A DNA stretch of 20,000 nucleotides. Origin: an uncultured Methanosarcinales archaeon. Lineage in GTDB: Archaea; Nanobdellota; Nanobdellia; Woesearchaeales; CAYSVS01. A model generated the notes under the pieces. That model saw only the letters and a list, made by a program, of their open reading frames with translations, made no database searches and was not told the DNA's origin. The stretch is from positions 50,195-70,194 of the forward strand of contig CAZPRK010000006.1 in NCBI GenBank assembly GCA_964589485.1, written 5' to 3'. Both the position numbers and the translations under genes were made by a program. Positions 16,833-20,000 of the stretch are shown piece by piece. The stretch's first letter is position 1. Each line of letters starts with the position of its first letter.

Positions 16833-17543
16833 ATGACAGGATACAATCCAGCTCCACAAACTCAAGCTCAACCTGATTTAAGTGCTATTGGTGCAGCAAT
16901 TGCAACTAATAATATTCAAAAAGAAGGCTTACCTTTCGGTATTTCGAAATTAGGTCACTCTCAACAATCATATGATAGAAATAATTCAGCTTCAGAAGTT
17001 GCTCAATTGGAAATAAAAGCAAATGGTGCTCAATCGCATTTTATGAGAATGTATATGAGCCAAGGTGAAGATAAAGCCCTTGCTGCAATTGGTAGATTAA
17101 AAGAATCTGTAGTTGAAAAGCATCCTATGTATAATACAGGAAATAGAGCAACTGACAAAGCTGCTAATGATTTAATGGAAAGTTTATCTGAAGTTGAACA
17201 AAAAATAGGATATAGTTCAGGAATGCAAATAAACGGTGCCTCTGAATCTGTTGTTGCTAATATAACATATAATAACAGAGCAGATTCTTCAAAAGAAGTT
17301 GAGAGGCTTAATGGGATAGCAGATTCAAAAAATCAATTACAAACACTTTATTCAATGGAAGGAGCGGATACTGTGCAGGAAGTTATATCTGCACATAAAC
17401 AAGATATAATGCAAAATCACCCTATGTACAGTGAGGGAAGTAGGGATACTGATGTTGCAGCAAGAGAAGCTATGGAGGTGATTCAGTCTTTAGAACAACA
17501 AATTATTATGGCAGAAAGTTCGTCTTTTCAACAGGCGGCTTAA
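16833..17543 (+). CDS. Hypothetical protein with an internal duplication of an ~80-aa domain (HPMY motif)
   Basis: 236 aa with SD GGTGAT upstream and a T-tract after the stop. HPMY occurs at aa 97-100 and 196-199. Confidence 0.8.
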   Translation: MTGYNPAPQTQAQPDLSAIGAAIATNNIQKEGLPFGISKLGHSQQSYDRNNSASEVAQLEIKANGAQSHFMRMYMSQGEDKALAAIGRLKESVVEKHPMYNTGNRATDKAANDLMESLSEVEQKIGYSSGMQINGASESVVANITYNNRADSSKEVERLNGIADSKNQLQTLYSMEGADTVQEVISAHKQDIMQNHPMYSEGSRDTDVAAREAMEVIQSLEQQIIMAESSSFQQAA

Positions 17544-17587
17544 TTTTTTCCTATTATTTTATATATTTTAACTATTTCTATTGATTT

Positions 17588-18187
17588 ATGAAGAAAGTTT
17601 ATTTTTTTATTGTATTATTGTTAGTGGGGTGTACAGAAGTGCCTGAAAAGAATTTAGATAGTAGTAAATTGAGTATTGTAACTTTAGCTGGAGGTTGTTT
17701 TTGGTGTATGGAGGCTGCATTTGAAGCATTAGAAGGAGTAGAAGAAGTTATTTCTGGGTATAGTGGAGGAATGCAAAAAAATCCAAGCTATGAAGATGTA
17801 GCATATGGTAAAACTGATCATTTAGAAACAGTACAAATATATTATGATTCTAAAAAAATTTCATATAAAGAAATTATTGACTTTTTTTGGAAACAAATTG
17901 ATCCTACTGATGATAAAGGACAATTTGTGGATAAAGGAAAACAATATACGACTGCTATTTTTTATGCTAATCTAAAAGAAAAAGAAATTGCTGAAAAATC
18001 AAAGCAAGAATTAATAGAACTAAATATGTTTGATAAACCAATAGTGACTGAAATTAGACCTTTTGACGTATTTTATGTTGCTGAAGAATACCATCAAGAT
18101 TATTATAAAAAAAGATCTTTACGATATAACGTATATAAAACTGCTTCTGGAAGAGATCAATTTAAAGAAAAGTTTTGGAAGAATTAG
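17588..18187 (+). CDS. msrA: Peptide-methionine (S)-S-oxide reductase with lipoprotein-type signal peptide
   Basis: AGGCFWC active site, GYSGG, DPTD..GQF.D.G.QY and AEEYHQDYY. N-terminus MKKVYFFIVLLLVGC ends in a lipobox. TTTATATA at 17558-17565. Confidence 0.95.
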   Translation: MKKVYFFIVLLLVGCTEVPEKNLDSSKLSIVTLAGGCFWCMEAAFEALEGVEEVISGYSGGMQKNPSYEDVAYGKTDHLETVQIYYDSKKISYKEIIDFFWKQIDPTDDKGQFVDKGKQYTTAIFYANLKEKEIAEKSKQELIELNMFDKPIVTEIRPFDVFYVAEEYHQDYYKKRSLRYNVYKTASGRDQFKEKFWKN

Positions 18188-20000
18188 TTTAATAGTTTAG
18201 TAAGTATATCTTTAGGCCATTCATGAGATAAGTTTTGTTTTATCTTCTTTGTATTTTTTCCTTGAATTAATTCTTTTTTTATTATTGCCTTTAATTGTGC
18301 GAATTCCATTACTGTTAAAGTATTTTGATATCTATGTCTAAATTCATCTACATGTATGTAATATAAGCAGTTTAAAAGTATATTAATTGGGAACTTACTT
18401 GATAATATATTAATTGCTTTTTCTTGATTATATCCTCTTTTAATTAAGATTTTTATATTTTTTAATGCAATGAAGAATTTTTCATTATTTGAATGTTGGT
18501 TTAAGCCAAAATTATTATCTGAATTCATATTATGTAATTTACTTTCTACTTTTTCTATTTGATTATTTAAGTCAGTTGTTTTTACTTCTTGTCTTTCATA
18601 GGTGTGATATTCGATTGGTGGTTGTTTTATTATTTTTCTTGGTTTTTTATATTCTTGTTTTAAATGGCTCAGTTTATCATCAATTGCATCAATTTTATCA
18701 TCTATTTGTTGAATAGGTGATTCTTTTTCTTTTTTAATCAGGTGCTCAAACTCTTTAGGAATAACATAACTTATTTTTTCATTCTTTTTAATTGGTTTGA
18801 TTTTTTCAAAAATAACTTCTTTTTTCTTTGTTTTTAGCTTTTTAAATAAATTAAACTTAAAAATACTTTTTTTCTTTAATGGCAATTTAAGATCTAAATT
18901 TATTTTTGGTTTATTTTCTATACTTTTTTCTTTAGTTTTACTGAATATTTTATTTAAGCTGAACTTAGGTTTTTTCTTTTCTATTACTTTTTTTCTCTTG
19001 AATATATTTTTTAGTTTATTCTCTATATCTTTTTCTTGGGTTTTAATTTTACTGAATACTTTGTTTAATCTGAATCTAGGTTTTTTCTTTCCTATTACTT
19101 CTTTTCTCTTGAATATACTTTTTAATTTATTTTCTATATCTTCTTCTTGGGTTTTAATTTTACTGAATACTTTGTTTAAGTTGAATCTAGGTTTTTTCTT
19201 TTCTATTACTTTTTTCCTTTTGAATATATTTTTTAACTTATTTTTTATATCTTTTTCTTGATTTTTGATTTTACTGAATACTTTGTTTAAGTTGAATCTA
19301 GGTTTCTCTGTAACTGGTTTATTTTTATGTTTGAATATACTTTTAATATTTTTTTCATGTGTTTTTATTTTATTGAATAATTTGTTGATGTCAAAATTAG
19401 GTGTTTTGAATTTAGGTATTGAGAAACCTTTGAATTTATCTTTCTTTAAAATATTTTTATTTTGTACTTTATTCAATTCTCTAAGGAAACTGTTTTTATC
19501 TGGGTTAATAGATATACTCTTTGATTTAAATTTAGGTAAGTTTAGCTTAGGCAACTTAAAATTTTTAATTATTTCTTTTTTAGACGATTTTGCATTCTTT
19601 ATTGTTTTATTAATATTAAACTGTATACTTTTCTCAATATTTTCTTCTTTTTTCTTTAAATCTTTGAATGCTTTTTTGAAAATAGATTGTTTTTTACTTA
19701 CTGTAAAGCCTAAGTTTATTTTTGGTTTTTCATGTTCTTTATTTTCAAATCTACTAATTATTTTTTCAATATGATTCCTTTTTCTACTAAAATTAAAAGC
19801 TAAATCGATTTTTGGTTTTTGTTTAATTTCTTCTTTAACTTTAAACCCCAAGTTAATCTTTGGTTTTTCTTTTTCCTTATTCTTAAATATATTAATGAAT
19901 TTGTCAACGTGACTCCTTTTTCTACTAAAATTAAAAGCTAAATCAATTTTTGGTTTTTGTTTAATTTCTTCTTTAACTTTAAACCCCAAGTTAATCTTTG
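18184..20000 (-). CDS. Long Lys-rich tandem-repeat protein (5' end outside the window)
   Basis: The frame stays open from the TTG at 19989 to the window edge (..KIN-LGFK). The listed 'start' is an internal Leu of a repeat unit. Confidence 0.8.
   Translation of the reverse strand, partial: KINLGFKVKEEIKQKPKIDLAFNFSRKRSHVDKFINIFKNKEKEKPKINLGFKVKEEIKQKPKIDLAFNFSRKRNHIEKIISRFENKEHEKPKINLGFTVSKKQSIFKKAFKDLKKKEENIEKSIQFNINKTIKNAKSSKKEIIKNFKLPKLNLPKFKSKSISINPDKNSFLRELNKVQNKNILKKDKFKGFSIPKFKTPNFDINKLFNKIKTHEKNIKSIFKHKNKPVTEKPRFNLNKVFSKIKNQEKDIKNKLKNIFKRKKVIEKKKPRFNLNKVFSKIKTQEEDIENKLKSIFKRKEVIGKKKPRFRLNKVFSKIKTQEKDIENKLKNIFKRKKVIEKKKPKFSLNKIFSKTKEKSIENKPKINLDLKLPLKKKSIFKFNLFKKLKTKKKEVIFEKIKPIKKNEKISYVIPKEFEHLIKKEKESPIQQIDDKIDAIDDKLSHLKQEYKKPRKIIKQPPIEYHTYERQEVKTTDLNNQIEKVESKLHNMNSDNNFGLNQHSNNEKFFIALKNIKILIKRGYNQEKAINILSSKFPINILLNCLYYIHVDEFRHRYQNTLTVMEFAQLKAIIKKELIQGKNTKKIKQNLSHEWPKDILTKLLN
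18930..19305 (-). repeat. Coding tandem repeat, 111-bp (37-aa) unit, about 3.4 copies plus a degenerate upstream copy
   Basis: The anchor (t/c)(c/t)tagg recurs at 18964, 19075, 19186 and 19297, exactly 111 bp apart. Unit: KPRFNLNKVFSKIKTQEKDIENKLKNIFKRKKVIEKK. Confidence 0.93.
19700..20000 (-). repeat. Coding tandem repeat, 138-bp (46-aa) unit, at least 2 copies, truncated by the window edge
   Basis: LGFKVKEEIKQKPKIDLAFNFSRKR(S/N)H starts at 19989 and 19851 with near-identical DNA. A third KPKINLGF follows. Confidence 0.92.

Noticed and set aside
18489..19774. Hydrophobic Phe/Leu-rich plus-strand ORFs that look like membrane proteins
   Set aside because: They are the reverse complement of Lys/Asn/Glu codons in the repeat protein.
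18930..20000. Tandem repeats as a possible CRISPR array or DGR template/variable repeat pair
   Set aside because: Units are in-frame multiples of 3 (111 and 138 bp) with no unique spacers, and there is no cas or reverse-transcriptase gene in the window.
1..20000. tRNA/rRNA genes, IS elements, alternative genetic code
   Set aside because: No GC-rich structured island or transposase/integrase motifs were seen. TGA terminates conserved genes at their expected ends (glmS, glmU, ABCE1), so it is not recoded.

Overview
Very AT-rich, densely packed archaeal chromosome segment using the standard code 11. The gene set (archaeal-type GlmU, ABCE1/RLI, Trm1, aEF-1beta, uL16/L10e, Nog1, minimal YhbY), TATA-box/leaderless gene starts and tight packing suggest a small-genome DPANN archaeon (Woesearchaeota/Pacearchaeota-like; inference). 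Contents in order: 5' end of alaS (absent from the ORF track); two hypotheticals; a glmS-glmM-glmU-TPR operon for UDP-GlcNAc synthesis, divergent from an unusual protein combining an ArsR-like HTH, an S-layer-like alpha/beta domain and an EF-hand-like loop; a loose translation/ribosome-biogenesis cluster, including an unlisted 56-aa Zn-ribbon gene and a four-wHTH protein; a CPA2/Kef antiporter; a perfect (TTTGA)11 microsatellite; an orphan with an internal domain duplication; a lipoprotein MsrA; and the 3' part of a long Lys-rich tandem-repeat protein. I saw no tRNA, rRNA, CRISPR array or mobile element. The best candidates for something new are the putative glm regulator and the microsatellite/orphan locus. 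All family assignments come from motif recognition, not database searches.
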